A DNA stretch of 64,000 nt. Source: Octopus vulgaris (lineage: Eukaryota). The position numbers were made by a program, and so were the translations under genes. The stretch lies in contig OX597818.1 of the NCBI GenBank assembly GCA_951406725.2, positions 58,590,001 through 58,654,000 on the forward strand, read 5' to 3'. Under the pieces are notes generated by a model. The model did not search any database, was not told the DNA's origin, and saw only the letters and a list, made by a program, of their open reading frames with translations. Below, one piece after another: positions 28,872 to 42,477 of the stretch (the first letter of the stretch is position 1; each line of letters opens with the position of its first letter).

Positions 28872-29042
28872 TTATCGGCGCAGGAGTGGCTGTGTGGTAA
28901 GTAGCTTTCTTACCAACCACATGGTTCTGGGTTCAGTCACACTGCGGGGCACCTTGGGCAAGTGTTTTCTACTATAGCCTAGGGGGCGACCAAATCCTTG
29001 TGAATGGATTTGGTAGACGGAAACTGAAAGAAGACAGTTATG

Positions 29043-29155
<113 letters not shown>

Positions 29156-29674
29156 CTGTGTCAGTATGTGTATGACTTCAGAAGCATGACTGTAAGGATA
29201 GTTAGTGGACCAGCCAATCTTGTGGTATTAATAAAGCATTTTCTACATCATATATGTATAGATATGCGTGTGTGTGCTTGTACGTGTGTGTTTGAGTGTA
29301 TTTGTGTGTGTATGTGTGTTTGAGTGTATGTTTGTGTGTATGTGTATGTAAGTGTATACGTTTCAACCTAAGGCAATACATCGGTGAATCATAGCGAAGT
29401 TTACGAAACTTTAACTCTTACATGTGTAGCTTAGCCTCTGCACTTCGTGCTTGCATAAGTTCCTTTAGACATCAAATGTAAAAAATATCAAATCATATTT
29501 CGATTTGAAAACTTATTTCGATGTATATAAACTGATTAATTATTGAGACAATGTAGCAACATATATATTTTATACGCAAGTACAAAAACATTGATAACTT
29601 CAACTCTTCTTTTCCTCTCTATTTCTGTATGTGTGTTTGTATATATGTGTGTAAGAGTGTGTGTGCATATGTAT

Positions 29675-29737
<63 letters not shown>

Positions 29738-29930
29738 CTCACACACACACGTGCATCAATATTTTTTTAAGGTATTTGTAATTGATTTATGTATATACAT
29801 GCAAATATGTATGTGTATGTGTGTGTCTATGCGTGCGGTATATGAATATATCTATATCTCTCCATCTATCTATCTATCTATCTATCTATCTATATCTATC
29901 TATCTATCTATCTGTATATATATATATGTA

Positions 29931-30016
<86 letters not shown>

Positions 30017-30501
30017 ACATGGCTCTGGGTTCAGTCCACATTTGTAGTACGGCGGCAGTTGCAGATTAACTATTTACAAACGGATTTGGTAGAATGAACC
30101 TGAAAGTAGCCCGTCATACACTAAGGTGTGTCTTTGCGCGTGTGTGTTCTTTTCGATGAGTTTGTCCGCCACCACTTCTCGGCAACCTGTGTTGGTTGGC
30201 TTACGTCCTCATAATTTAGCAGTTTCGACAACCAAAAAAAAGGGGATAATATAAATAATACTACTGGCGTCGATTCCTGGGACTGAGATTACTCGAAGTT
30301 TTGCTTCAGCATGGCCGCAGTGGCTGTAGCATTGCTGCAGAAACAAGGAAAATATGCGTGCTTATATATATATATATATACACATACATACAAATATGTG
30401 TACATGCATATTGAAATATATATATGTATATATATATATATATATATACATACATGCATATATCTGTACATGCATATTGAAATATATATATGCATATATA
30501 A

Positions 30502-30550
<49 letters not shown>

Positions 30551-32559
30551 TGTATTTATGTACATGATCAAATATCGATATAAGCAATGCCTGCGTTGCG
30601 TGTGTGTGTGTGGTTGCGCATATGTGTGTGAGCATGTGTTATGTCACAGAGTCGCTAGAACGATCACTGCTTGATTATCGTTGTCGTGCACCACTGCTTC
30701 TTCCATGACTTGCTCACAGACACACAGACACACAAGTACACACTCGCCCCCGCGACAGCGCGCACAGACACCCTCCGACAGGTATGCATATACGCAAAAG
30801 TATTGGTTATGATAATAATTAAATTCACAAAAATATGCCGCTGGACTCATTGACTTCGTAAAGCACATTGTTTCAGATTCCGCACGTCTTGTTAATTGCC
30901 CACTCTGGCCTAATCTTTTTTTAATGAACAATTAATCTTTATCGGACTTACACACACACACACACAGCCATACACACAAACACACAAACAGATACACACA
31001 TGAATAAATGTGTGTGCGATCGTGTGTTTATGCTTCCGTGTTGCATGTGTGTATATGTGTGTCTGTACGGGGTGGGTACACATCGTCCATTGATATACCT
31101 ATATATGTATAAAAACAAGCACACCGCATAGACACACACAGAATCCCATACATGAAAGAAACTTGCTGTCCACTTACCTTTCCGTCGTGAAGTTGGCAAA
31201 TAAATATTTCTTCCAAAATATTCAACAGAACATAATATATGTCCACTATAAAAGTTTCGAATTTGTTGAGCGCCTGATTAAACGTGTAATTGAATATTAA
31301 TTGATGAGTAAGTGCTGTCACGTATCCAATTTATCTGTTTGTTTAATATATATTTAGCTGTTTTGCTTGAAATTAAAGTTTTAATGGAACCATAACTTTA
31401 TGGCATATAGACTTAACTATAATATGTAACAACTTTATATAGGTAACTTAACTTTTATTTCCCTTTTTTAAGATTGTTTCCTCAATGTTTTTCATATATA
31501 TATATATATATCTTTTGTAGTAATTAATATATTGTCTTCTAATTAACAAGGTGGATCATAATAATATTTATCATGATCGTGATTATTTTTAAACTCTTTT
31601 CAACTTTTACCAAGAAATTGATAGAATTTCATTTTCCTTTGAGTTTTTTTTTCGTTTTCTTTGTATTTATTTCCAAATATATAATTTGGTGATATACATG
31701 CTGGATGAATAAACTTGTATATGCATGTATATATGTATGTATGAGTGTGAGGGCGAGAGAAAGTGAGTGAGAGAAAGCGTATATGTGTGTTACTATCTTG
31801 TTATTTTTTATGTGTGTGTTATTTTTTTATGTGTGTGTGTGTATGTGTGAATTTATCTGTCTTTCTATTCAGAGTTAATTACGCAATCCAAAATTATAGG
31901 CATCCATATACTTTATTTCATCTTTCATTGCGATGACTGTCATGTAAAATTAGATATGAAAAAATAAATTATAATACCTAATGAACTATGTAACTCTCGT
32001 TTAAAAAAAATATTCCCGCGTTACGGTGTGAATTGAGGCTGACAGTTTCACCTTGTGTAAACGGTATAATGAAACTATAAAATATATCACTTGTGGCTGA
32101 CTGACTAACTTGCAGTTGTAATTTTCGCAACGTGCAGCCTCGTATTTCGGCAAGTACAACTAATAAAATATAGTAGAGTTACTGCTGGGCAGAATGATGC
32201 ATCCTGTTTGTATTACAAGTAATCACATCTTAAACAATATTGCTTCGCTTGGAAAGCGAAGTTCGATGCATAAAGCATGAAAGAGAGACAGATGAGTGAA
32301 AGAAAGAGTAAACAAATGTGAGTGTAAGCCGAACGAATGACCAGCAGTTTGGTTGGTAGGTGTGTGTATGTGCATCGGAAGTGCATACTTTTGTTTGTGT
32401 GCGCGTGTGTGCGTGCTCGGGCACACGTCGAAAGAATGCAGCAAAGAAGCTGTTTAGTTTTGATCACAACGAAAGTATTGAAGTTTATTACGGTATTTTC
32501 TCTCCCAACTGTAGCTGAGAGAGAATGGAGTTCGATGAGAGGGTTGCATGTAGTTGCGG

Positions 32560-33838
32560 AAAGAGAAGGCTAGAACTGAAATGAAAGAGAGACAGAGACA
32601 CAACACAGAGAAGGAGGGAGAGATGCCGGCTTTCTGATAAACAAGCAGAGGAAGGAAGAGTGAAAATGAGAAGGATGTGTGTGAGAGAGAGAGAGAGATA
32701 AGTAAAATGGAGAGACTTATGAGGAAGAGATAACGGAGAGAGAAAAGGAAAATGGAGAAAAATGGATGAATGTAAAGTGGAGGAAAGGAAATATACACTG
32801 CAGCACAACTAATGGAGAGAAAAGAGGTAACGATTTCGTTGACAATTATTAGAAAGTGTATTGGAGAGAAAATGAGAGAGAGAGAGAGTAAGAGGGTGAG
32901 AGGAAGAGGGGAGAGCAAGAGGGCGAGTGAGATATATGTTTATATATCAAATAAGTTTACGTAAAATATAGAACTTGAGGGAGAGAGAGGAGAGAGGGAG
33001 AGAGAGAGAGGATTATGAAGCAAGATATACCGGATGAGTGAGAAAGAGAGGTTGAATATTCTATGGAATGATTTCAAATCGAAGAAAAAATATAGGGAGA
33101 GAAAAATAGAAGAGTTATAACTACAGTGAGAGTACAAAAGCTTAGAGATGTGGTGGGTGGCGAAAAAAAACCTATACATACATACATACATACATACATA
33201 CATACATACATACATACATACATAATACATAGATACATACATACATACATGCATACGTACGTACGTACATATATACATGCATATATACATTTAAAGATAA
33301 AGATTTTTTAAAATATTATAGTATGTATTTATGTGTACGTGCGAGTGTATATCTAGTGTTTGTGATAAAATAGTAATGCAGGAAAGAGATGAAGGAAAGA
33401 GTTCATGGTGAATAAAATATACACAAACGAAGATACATATACAAATGAAAGAAAATGCTAAGTTTCAGGTGAGACGAAGGAAGAGATTAAAGAGAGAAAG
33501 AAAAGTGAAAATAATTGACAGACGACGAGAAAGTGAAAGAAGGAAGAGAAAGAGAAGATGTAAAACTGGAGGAAAAGAGATGGGGAAAGTGTATAAAGTG
33601 ACAGAAAGCGAGGAAAATTAGGTGAATGTGGTATGGAGGGGGGATACGAAGATGAAGAGAAAGATTTAGGAGTAAGGAGATGTGAGAACGAAATTTAAAA
33701 ATAAAAGAGAAAGAGAAAGTATGGAGCTGTAGGAAAGAAAAGCGCGGCGGGAAAGACGGAGAAAAATATATAGGAAAATGGAAATAGATAGATATTGTAG
33801 AGTGAGTGTGTGTGCATGTATGTGCTCGTGTGTGTGTT

Positions 33839-33896
<58 letters not shown>

Positions 33897-34110
33897 TATG
33901 GAGTTATAGTGTAAGGTGAAGATCGTCGTAGATCAAGAAGAGTGACAGGAGGAGGAAGGGTGTGGAGTAAAAGAAAGATAGTATGATTATGAGTGAAGTG
34001 TTGGTAGTGGAGAGACAGAGAGAAGTTTAACAAATGCAGATACCGGCAAACTGAAATGAAAAATAATCACCAAGACACTATGAAAGAGAAAGAGAAGTAG
34101 AAAAAGTGTA
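32560..34110. repeat. Purine-skewed GA-rich low-complexity region
   Basis: About 1.5 kb dominated by A/G on the plus strand. Confidence 0.8.
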
Positions 34111-34226
34111 TAGCGCGGGCTCATTGGAAAATGAGTGCGCAGGGGCATAACGATAAAAAAATACGTCGTCATCAACATCATCATTATCAGCAGCAGTAGA
34201 TGTCATTATTCTAGTATTATTAGTAA

Positions 34227-35062
34227 GGCGGCGAGCTGGCAGAATCGTTAGCACGCCGGGCGAAATGCGTAGACGTATTTCATCTGCCGTTACGTTCTGA
34301 GTTCAAATTCTGCCGAGGTCGACTTTGCCTTTCATCCTTTCGGGGTTGATAAATTAAGTACCAGTGACGCACTGGGGTCGATGTAATCGGCTTCATCCGT
34401 TTGTCTGTCATTGTTTGTCCTCTATGTTTAGCCTCTTGTTGGCAGTAAATGAATAAGAATCGTTAGGACGTTGGGCGAAATATTTACCGATATTTAGTCA
34501 TTACGTTCTGAGTTCAAATTCTGTCGAAGTCGACTTTGCCATTCATCATTTCAGGGTCGATAAATTGAAAAACTGTTGCGTAATGGGGTCCATATAAGTG
34601 AATGGTCCCCCTCCCCCAAAATCGGGCCTTGTGCCTAGAGTAGAAAAGATTATTATTAAGGCGACGAGTTGGCATAATCGCTAGCACGCCGAGCGGAATA
34701 CCACTTTGTTCTCAGTTCAAATTCCGCCGAGGTCGACTTTTGCTTTTCATCCTTCAGGGTCGATAAAATAAGTACTAGTGAAACACTGGTGTCGATGTAA
34801 TGTACGGGTGCCCCGCCCAAATACTCTAGTAGAATACTTCAGTAGAAAGGATTATTCTTAAAGCGGTCAGCTGGCAGAATTGTTAGCACGCTGGGCGAAA
34901 TGCATAGCGATATTTCGTCTGCCGCTACGTTCTGGAGACAAACTACGCTGAGGTCAACTGTGCCGTTCATTTATTCGAGGTTGATAAATTAAGTACCAGT
35001 TAAGTGCTGGGGACGATGTAATCGACGATCCTCCTCACCCAAATTCCAGGCCTTGTACCTAT
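34227..35062 (+). mobile_element. Cluster of four head-to-tail SINE A copies
   Basis: Heads at ~34227, 34457, 34660 and 34863, mostly separated by tatta motifs; two tail types. Confidence 0.88.
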
Positions 35063-35102
35063 AATAAAAATTAATATTATTATTATTATTATGATTATTA
35101 TG

Positions 35103-35164
<62 letters not shown>

Positions 35165-35166
<2 letters not shown>

Positions 35167-35503
35167 TATGTTTGACTTTTGCTTTATGTCTGTACAAGTT
35201 GGCTCCAAGTCTCACCCAGAGACCTCAAGAGACAACAGGTTGGAAGTTCTGTGCCATATATTTGGGGTTTTTTGGGGTTTTTTTGGTGTTGTACTAGTGA
35301 ATGTCTAATACATAAAAATAAAATTTTAAAAAAAGAATTAAAAAAAATATATATAAATAAAAAATAAAAAATAAAAAAATTTAAAAAAAAGTTTGTTTTA
35401 AACCTTGGGATTACATAGAGAGTATTTTGCGTAGGATATGAGCAGTTCCCATGAGCACTATCTTTTGAATTTCTGCCATTTTGGGGTTTCCTGGTATCTG
35501 AGT
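35165..35503 (-). mobile_element. R4/Dong-type RLE LINE 3' end in (TAA)n, family 1
   Basis: Minus strand reads QIPGNPKMAEIQKIVLMGTAHILRKILSM* plus a 3' UTR running into (TAA)n. Confidence 0.75.
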
Positions 35504-35515
35504 TTTATTATTATG

Positions 35516-35551
<36 letters not shown>

Positions 35552-35751
35552 GCCTTTGCACAACTTCTAACGCTGGAGATGTACTACATAGTCAGCTGTT
35601 CACTTACAGTTAACTAAGGTAATAACTCTTAGTTTTCGAGCACGTTCCGGAGTATGCGAGCGGTTCCAAGCAGTGCTGTTTTCTGCAAGTGCTGTACCCT
35701 TATTGCAGCCCCTATTTCTTCCACGGCCTTATTGCAGCCCCTATTTGTTCC
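35552..35751 (-). mobile_element. R4/Dong-type RLE LINE 3' end in (TAA)n, family 2
   Basis: Minus strand reads IRVQHLQKTALLGTARILRNVLEN* with a short UTR. (TAA)n on both sides. Confidence 0.78.
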
Positions 35752-35773
35752 ATTATTATTATTATTATTATTA

Positions 35774-35895
<122 letters not shown>

Positions 35896-36927
35896 GCTGG
35901 GGTACAGATATAAGGAGCCCACTACACCCATCTTTCTGATAAGAGTACACCACGCACGTGCATCACAACCTTATATCGCGACATGTTGAACTCATATCAA
36001 GATAATCGAAGCATGTCCTTTCACGTGGGGCCCAGTTAGAATTCTCCTCATGTGTAGTAGCCCATCCCGCTCAAAATGACTCAGAATAATGGTTGTATAA
36101 TGATAATAAACAAAACAACGATGTTTCCAGTGATGGGTTATTCAAACCCCAAATAATTCCTCCGAACATTTTGCTATGATACTCCCCCGCTATTTCTTTT
36201 CGTGATAAAATATGCAAATATCATGAGCCACTAATTTAAATGCTCAACTGATTAAGGTTAACCAAATGAAAAGTAATGGGCAGTTAAAGTTAACCAAATT
36301 ACTGGTACTGGTCAGAATATATCCTGTAGCCCACCCTGTACATCAAGACAAAAAATACACATAACAATTCCACCAATAAAGTCCGAAGCTATGAGAGTCA
36401 CTGCCTCATACTGCATCAGAGCATGGCTCTGCATAATTGGTCTTAACATAATTCCAAGCGTTATTGATCATTCTTAGACCACATGAAATGATTCCTACTG
36501 AGGAAGCAACGCTGCCGAATCGGAAGAACGAAACCATGAATTCAAAGTCAAGGACTGAACTATAAAACCATTCTGTGGCCATATCCGCGGAGAGGCGCAC
36601 ATACTCACCGATACGTACATACATGCTTACATACATACATACACACAAACACACACACACACGCACACACACACACACACACACAGACACACACACATAT
36701 ATATATATATATACACATATATACGACGGGCTTCTTTTCAATTTCCGTCTACCAAATCCGCTCACAAGGCTTTGGTTGGCCCGAGGCTATACTAGAAAAG
36801 ACTTGCTCAAGATACCACGCAGTGGGACTGAACCCGGAACCATGTGGCTGCTAAGCAAGCTTCTTATCAGACAATCACTTCTGCGCCTACATACATTCAT
36901 ACACACAGACATACAGACACACAGACA

Positions 36928-36976
<49 letters not shown>

Positions 36977-36980
<4 letters not shown>

Positions 36981-37883
36981 TGCTAAGATGATCTGGTTCT
37001 TGACTGATGACTGAGGGCTTCGAATGTCCCGTCCTGTGGTTCTTGTGTCGTCTCTGTGGCGTTTCATGTTCTTGTCCATGTCTGTAATTATTTTTACTGT
37101 TTACCTATATAATCGGCGGCTACGTATCCACAATTGTCCTTATACGATAAGTATATTTTTTTCTCAAGCATTGATACGACTCTTAATCTTTCTTTCTCTC
37201 TCTCTCTCCTCCCTTATTCCCCCTCCTTTCTTTCCCTCTCCATCCGTTTCCCCCCCCCCTTCTACGTTTCTCTATCTCTCTCACCTCCAGCCCCCTCGAT
37301 CTGTCTCTTTCTTCTCCTCCCTCGTCCACCTTCTCTCTCTTTTCATCTGTCCCTTTCTCTTGTCTTTTGTTCTCACGTGACCGCTGACCGCTGTTGAGCG
37401 CTCTTTTCGTTCCAGCAGCCGTTGAAGCAACACGTACTTGTTCGTCTCCCTGTGGCCATTAGGCACAACTTCATAAGCCAGCCCATGCTCAATTCGTCCT
37501 GTCGAAAGACCCTTGTCCTACGTCCTGGTTTTGTTTTGTTGTTTATTTTTTATACTTTATTTTTACCGTTATTGTTTTTACGTTTTTGTATTCTTATTGT
37601 TGTCACGTATTCTGTATTTTTGTTCGTGTACTTCGTTCGTTTTCCGTCCTCGTGTTGTATACATTCGAAGCTTTCTTCCAGGGGATCTAATGCACTTGGC
37701 TTAGATTTCCCGTGGCGGGCTGCCCATATCGGAGCAATCTCAAGATTAATCAGCCGAAATTGCTAAGATGATCTGGTTCTTGACTGATGACTGAGGGCTT
37801 CGAATGTCCCGTCCTGTGGTTCTTGTGTCGTCTCTGTGGCGTTTCATGTTCTTGTCCATGTCTGTAATTATTTTTACTGTTTA

Positions 37884-37891
<8 letters not shown>
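36977..37891 (+). mobile_element. Non-coding partial-tandem (retrozyme/pLTR-like) element, 780-bp period
   Basis: Identical 135-bp direct repeats at 36977-37111 and 37757-37891, with (TA)n on both sides. A related fragment lies on the minus strand at ~62625-62755. Confidence 0.8.
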
Positions 37892-37945
<54 letters not shown>

Positions 37946-37959
37946 TATACATATATATA

Positions 37960-38187
37960 CAGGGTTGGTCATAAGTCGCCGAAAGTAAATTAAAATGCTA
38001 TAAATACCAACTGCAATTCTGTTTTGACACGAATGGTAACATGTGTCGAAGAAGAAGGATTTTAGTTCGAACAATTTTCCTAATGTTTCATATTTAGATG
38101 CTTTATTATATTCATTCTGTTGTTAAACAGAAGTCTTGAAAGTAAGTGGCTTTAATTTACTGGTCAGGTGACTTTTGTCCAAGCCTG
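37960..38187. mobile_element. Tc1/mariner-type MITE
   Basis: TA|cagggttggtcataagtcgcc ... ggtgacttttgtccaagcctg|TA, imperfect 21-bp TIRs. Confidence 0.65.
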
Positions 38188-38696
38188 TACATACATGTGT
38201 GCTCGCGCGCGTGTTTGTGTCTGTGTGTGTACATAGTTCGAAGCAATACGATATTTTTCTGCGTGGATGATTGCGAATATATTAGGGCGACATCGAACTT
38301 TCAAGAAATAGTCCATCTTAATATAATTAACAGGGAGCTAAGTTATATTAAACAGTATTGAATGAAACTTTCCCAAAATGTTTCTGATTATAACGAATGA
38401 ATCACAACATAAATTTTGTTGGTGTCTTTGTCAGAATTGGAGACACAACTAACTTAGACGTAATTCCTGGGCAGAATTAGCATAACTGGCAGTAACTAAG
38501 CTAGCCGCCTTAATTGCATATACAAACCTTCCGATCATTCTTCACAGGAGCTGTCTTACATCTAAATATGAAACATTAGGAAAATTGTTCGAACTAAAGT
38601 CCTTCTTCTTCGACACATTTTTCCATTCGTGTCAAAACAGAATTGCAGATAGTATTTATGGCATTTTAATTTACTTTCGGCGACTTATGACCAACC

Positions 38697-38773
<77 letters not shown>

Positions 38774-39852
38774 CGGCGGTGCATCAGCATGGCCGCAGCT
38801 CTGAGCTGAAACTAGAAAATATATATATATATATTTATATATATATGAGTGTCTGTGTGTATGAATGTATGTAGGCGCAGAAGTGATTGTGTGGTACGTA
38901 GCTTGCTTACCAGCCACGTGGTTCTGAGTTCAGTCCCACTGCGTGGTATCTTGAGCAAGTCTTTTCTAGTATAGCCTCGAGCCAACCAAAGCCTTGTGAG
39001 CGGATTTGGTACAAGGAAACTTGCACATTTATATCATTCTAAAATAGTTATCTATATATCATACGCAATGTATACAAACTATTGAGAGTCCAGTGTCTGA
39101 TGTATTTGTTCTAAGATAACACTTGTTATAAAATTAGGGAGACAAGTTAAACCAAGTTATGCATCAAAGAGAGACAGAAACTCGTCCTAACAGGGGTTAA
39201 TGAGAATGCAGATATTCATTTCTGCCATTCGGGCCTTTACAGTGATGGCATCAGCGATATGAATTTGTGTCTGATTTTTTGGCTGGCTGCAAAGACGCAT
39301 CACCGAAACGGGCCAAAACAATATAAATGCATCTGATGTTCTAGTTGGTCGCAAATAGTTATTGTGTTTCCAAAACAGCAATCCTGAAGGGAAGTTATCC
39401 CAGTACAAATACAGCCGTTCTATAGTGCCTATACATTAAGTATAATGCCTAGATGGATAAATTCTTTGATTTACGTAATGAGGGATTAACACGTTATGAA
39501 AGCTGTTTGGTTCGGGTGTTCCAACTATTCGAATCCTAGCGGTTGGTTTCCGTTCAAAGGATACAACACAACACACAGGTAATATTGTTTTCTCTTTACT
39601 TAAGGAATCGTTAGAATGGGTTTGATAATTAGCTGTAGTCTGCACAGAAAATGTATCTCAAATTAATTGATTGGTGATCTGTCTCCATTTTCTTTATTTC
39701 ATTTGTTGCGAATTATACACTAATATTTAAAAGCACGAAATTTCTATGGGAAATAAATTTTTCGCAAAACGACAGGAAAATGGAAGTGTATATGACCTGT
39801 TATACAAAGCACAAATGTGAAAAACTTGCTTTCTCCATCTTGTTTGTTGTTA

Positions 39853-39896
39853 ACACAGCATTTCGGCTGATATACCCTCCAGCCTTCATCAGGTGT
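39853..39896 (-). ncRNA. Hammerhead motif in the inverted 5' pLTR (stem III mutated)
   Basis: Minus strand reads acac-CTGATGA-aggctg(gagggtatat)cagcc-GAAA-tgct-gtgt. Confidence 0.6.
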
Positions 39897-40447
39897 CTTG
39901 GGAAAATGATCAAGCTCAGTAACAATCTATTAAGCAACAACTACCCCGAAAACATATTGTCCACTCCAATTAAGAAGAAACGAGAGGATGAAACCAATAA
40001 ACTGTCCCCAGTCTGTCTACCCTATGTGAAAAACCTCTGCGAAAAGATACAAAAGATATGCGGTCTATATGACATCAGGACACTATTCAAGAGTAATACA
40101 ACACTTCGCGAATATCTCCTTCGAGTAAAACCACCAATAGAAGAGAGCGTGATCAAGAACTGCGTGTACTCCATCCCATGCAACTGTGGTAGGTTAGACA
40201 AAGGCGAAATATGCTGCCCCCTCAAAGTAAGGGTAGACGAACATCACAAAGCTGTGACACGGGGAGATACTGATAAATGGGTCATAGCTGATCATGAATG
40301 GAAAACTGGAGACCACCTCCCCCAGTGGGATGAAGTTAAAATTATAGGCAGAGAAAACCACTGGAAAATACGAAAACTAAAAGAGGCAGCGCATATGCTT
40401 GGACACAACAATCTCCTAAGCAGACCGAGTGCAGATATGAAAGCATA

Positions 40448-40698
40448 TACTCTTTTACTTGTTTCAGTCATTTGACTGTGGCCATGCTGGAGCACCACCT
40501 TCAGTCGAGCAAGTCGACCCCAGGACTTATTCTTTGTAAGCCTAGTACTTATATCGGTGTTTTTTGCCGAACCGCTAGTTACGGAGACATAAACACACCA
40601 GTATCGGTTGTCGACCGATGTTGGGGGGACAGACACAAACACATAAATACACACACATACATACATATACATATATATATATATATATATACATATTC

Positions 40699-40769
<71 letters not shown>

Positions 40770-40952
40770 CATATTCATATACATATATATGACGGGCTTC
40801 TTTCAGTTTCCGTCTACCAAATCCACTCACAAGGCTTTGGTCCGCCCGTCGCTATAGTAGAAGATACTTGCCCAAGGAGCCACGCAGTGGGACTGAACCC
40901 TGAACCATGTGGTTGGTAAGCAAGCTACTTATCACACAGCTACTCCTGCGCC
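40448..40952 (-). mobile_element. SINE family B inserted in the PLE ORF
   Basis: Full-length reverse-complement match with an expanded microsatellite. Confidence 0.9.
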
Positions 40953-41079
40953 CATAGGAACCGGTATTAAGAAAGGAGAGGAGAATAATAGATTTACAAG
41001 CCCTAATATTCACTCCATAATTGCCCACGGGCATATGGCGCAGAGGTTAAGAGCGCGGGCTATAAACCCAAAGATTCCG

Positions 41080-41151
<72 letters not shown>

Positions 41152-41194
41152 TCGAAAAATACCTTAGAGAACTCAGGTTCGAAATTTCCCCAAG

Positions 41195-41238
41195 ATACCT
41201 GAAGAAGGATGGAGGGTATATCAGCCGAAACTTTGTAT
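41195..41238 (+). ncRNA. Hammerhead motif in the 3' pLTR of a Poseidon-type PLE
   Basis: atac-CTGAAGA-aggatg(...)cagcc-GAAA-ct-TT-gtat. Confidence 0.6.
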
Positions 41239-42210
41239 TAACAACAAACAAGATTAGGACAAATATCCGTCAAATGTAAATAATGTAAATAATAACCATA
41301 ATTCCTCACCTCTTAAATATAGAACTGTATTGCTCTCTCCATTTGGAAACAATGGCCATATAGAAAACAAACTCAGAAAGGCTGTCAGCAAGCAAATCTT
41401 TTCTTAAGCTAAATCTGTGATTTTCACAGATGAAGATATACTGCAAGATATCCAGTCTCCTTGGATTCTCTTTTCGTTTTATTTTGATGCAGAAAGTTGC
41501 AATTTTTTACGGCATTGTTCCATTTGGGTAAAGTTTTCCATTTCCTTCCATAATTACATTTCTTGAAGTGGTAACATACAATTTTCCTGTACTACATTAC
41601 ATATTTCTGTTATATCATCGATATCATTACAGTTTCTGAAAGGTTAAGGTTACTGAAACAACACTTCAACAATAATATAATATGCTTTAATATTATTAGT
41701 GAAGGTACCTCTAGGCATTTCGTTGTCGAAACGTTAACGTGGTTTAAAATTCAATGCAAATCTACCCATTTTGTTTACAGTATTAATAGGCTTCATGGAT
41801 CCTTAAATCCTTAAATCCTTAAAAATGTTTTAGCCCGAAGGCCGCGGCCATGCTGGGGCACCAACGCTGATATATATAACTGACAAATTTCCTTACAGTT
41901 ATCTTGTAAAGTATAAGTGACCTCTACTTAATAAACGGAAACAAATCATCAATATTCATCGAAGTATGAACTTAATGATTTTGTATGTTTTTCTTCGTAC
42001 AATTTAATTATTACAAGAGATATGAAGTAAACAGATGCACCACGCTATTGCCTGTGAACTGAATTTTCAGCTGCTACAAGGCATTTTAGCTACGGGGTAC
42101 ATAACATGAAAATAAGGTACTTCTCAATTCATTCTCGATTCTTGAAATCTGGATCCAAATTGTACAGAGGTCAAATTTAGTTCCTCCATTTGAGGAATCT
42201 GATAAGTAAC

Positions 42211-42363
42211 CTTTAGTCGAGCAAATCTACCCTAGGACTTATTCTTTGTAAGATTAGAACTTATGCTATCGGTCTCTTTTGCCGAACCACGAAGTTACGG
42301 GGATGTAAACACACCAGCATCGGTTGTCAAACGATCTTGGGGGGACAATCACAGACCCACAAG

Positions 42364-42401
<38 letters not shown>

Positions 42402-42403
42402 AG

Positions 42404-42477
<74 letters not shown>

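Larger units (their letters stand above)
36750..39011. repeat. Local inverted duplication (36750-38100 vs 38559-39011)
   Basis: Both arms hold the same SINE 5' part with shared non-consensus bases, the same flank, a (TA)n tract and 141 bp of the MITE. Confidence 0.8.
39838..41330 (+). mobile_element. 5'-truncated Penelope/Poseidon-type PLE with inverted 5' pLTR, interrupted by a SINE
   Basis: Translation LPYVKNLCEKIQKI...CVYSIPCNCGRLDKGE...LKVRVDEH...ENHWKIRKLKEA matches a PLE linker plus decayed GIY-YIG endonuclease. The frame resumes after the SINE (EPVLRKE). The pLTR at 41183-41253 is inverted at 39838-39907. Confidence 0.9.

Noticed and set aside
35897-36360. Probable old repeat adjacent to (TAA)n
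   Set aside because: Single occurrence in the window with no motif I can name.
37960-38699. Single 740-bp MITE with 141-bp TIRs
   Set aside because: The inverted match extends beyond the supposed ends into shared flanks, and a nearer partner TIR exists at 38167-38187.
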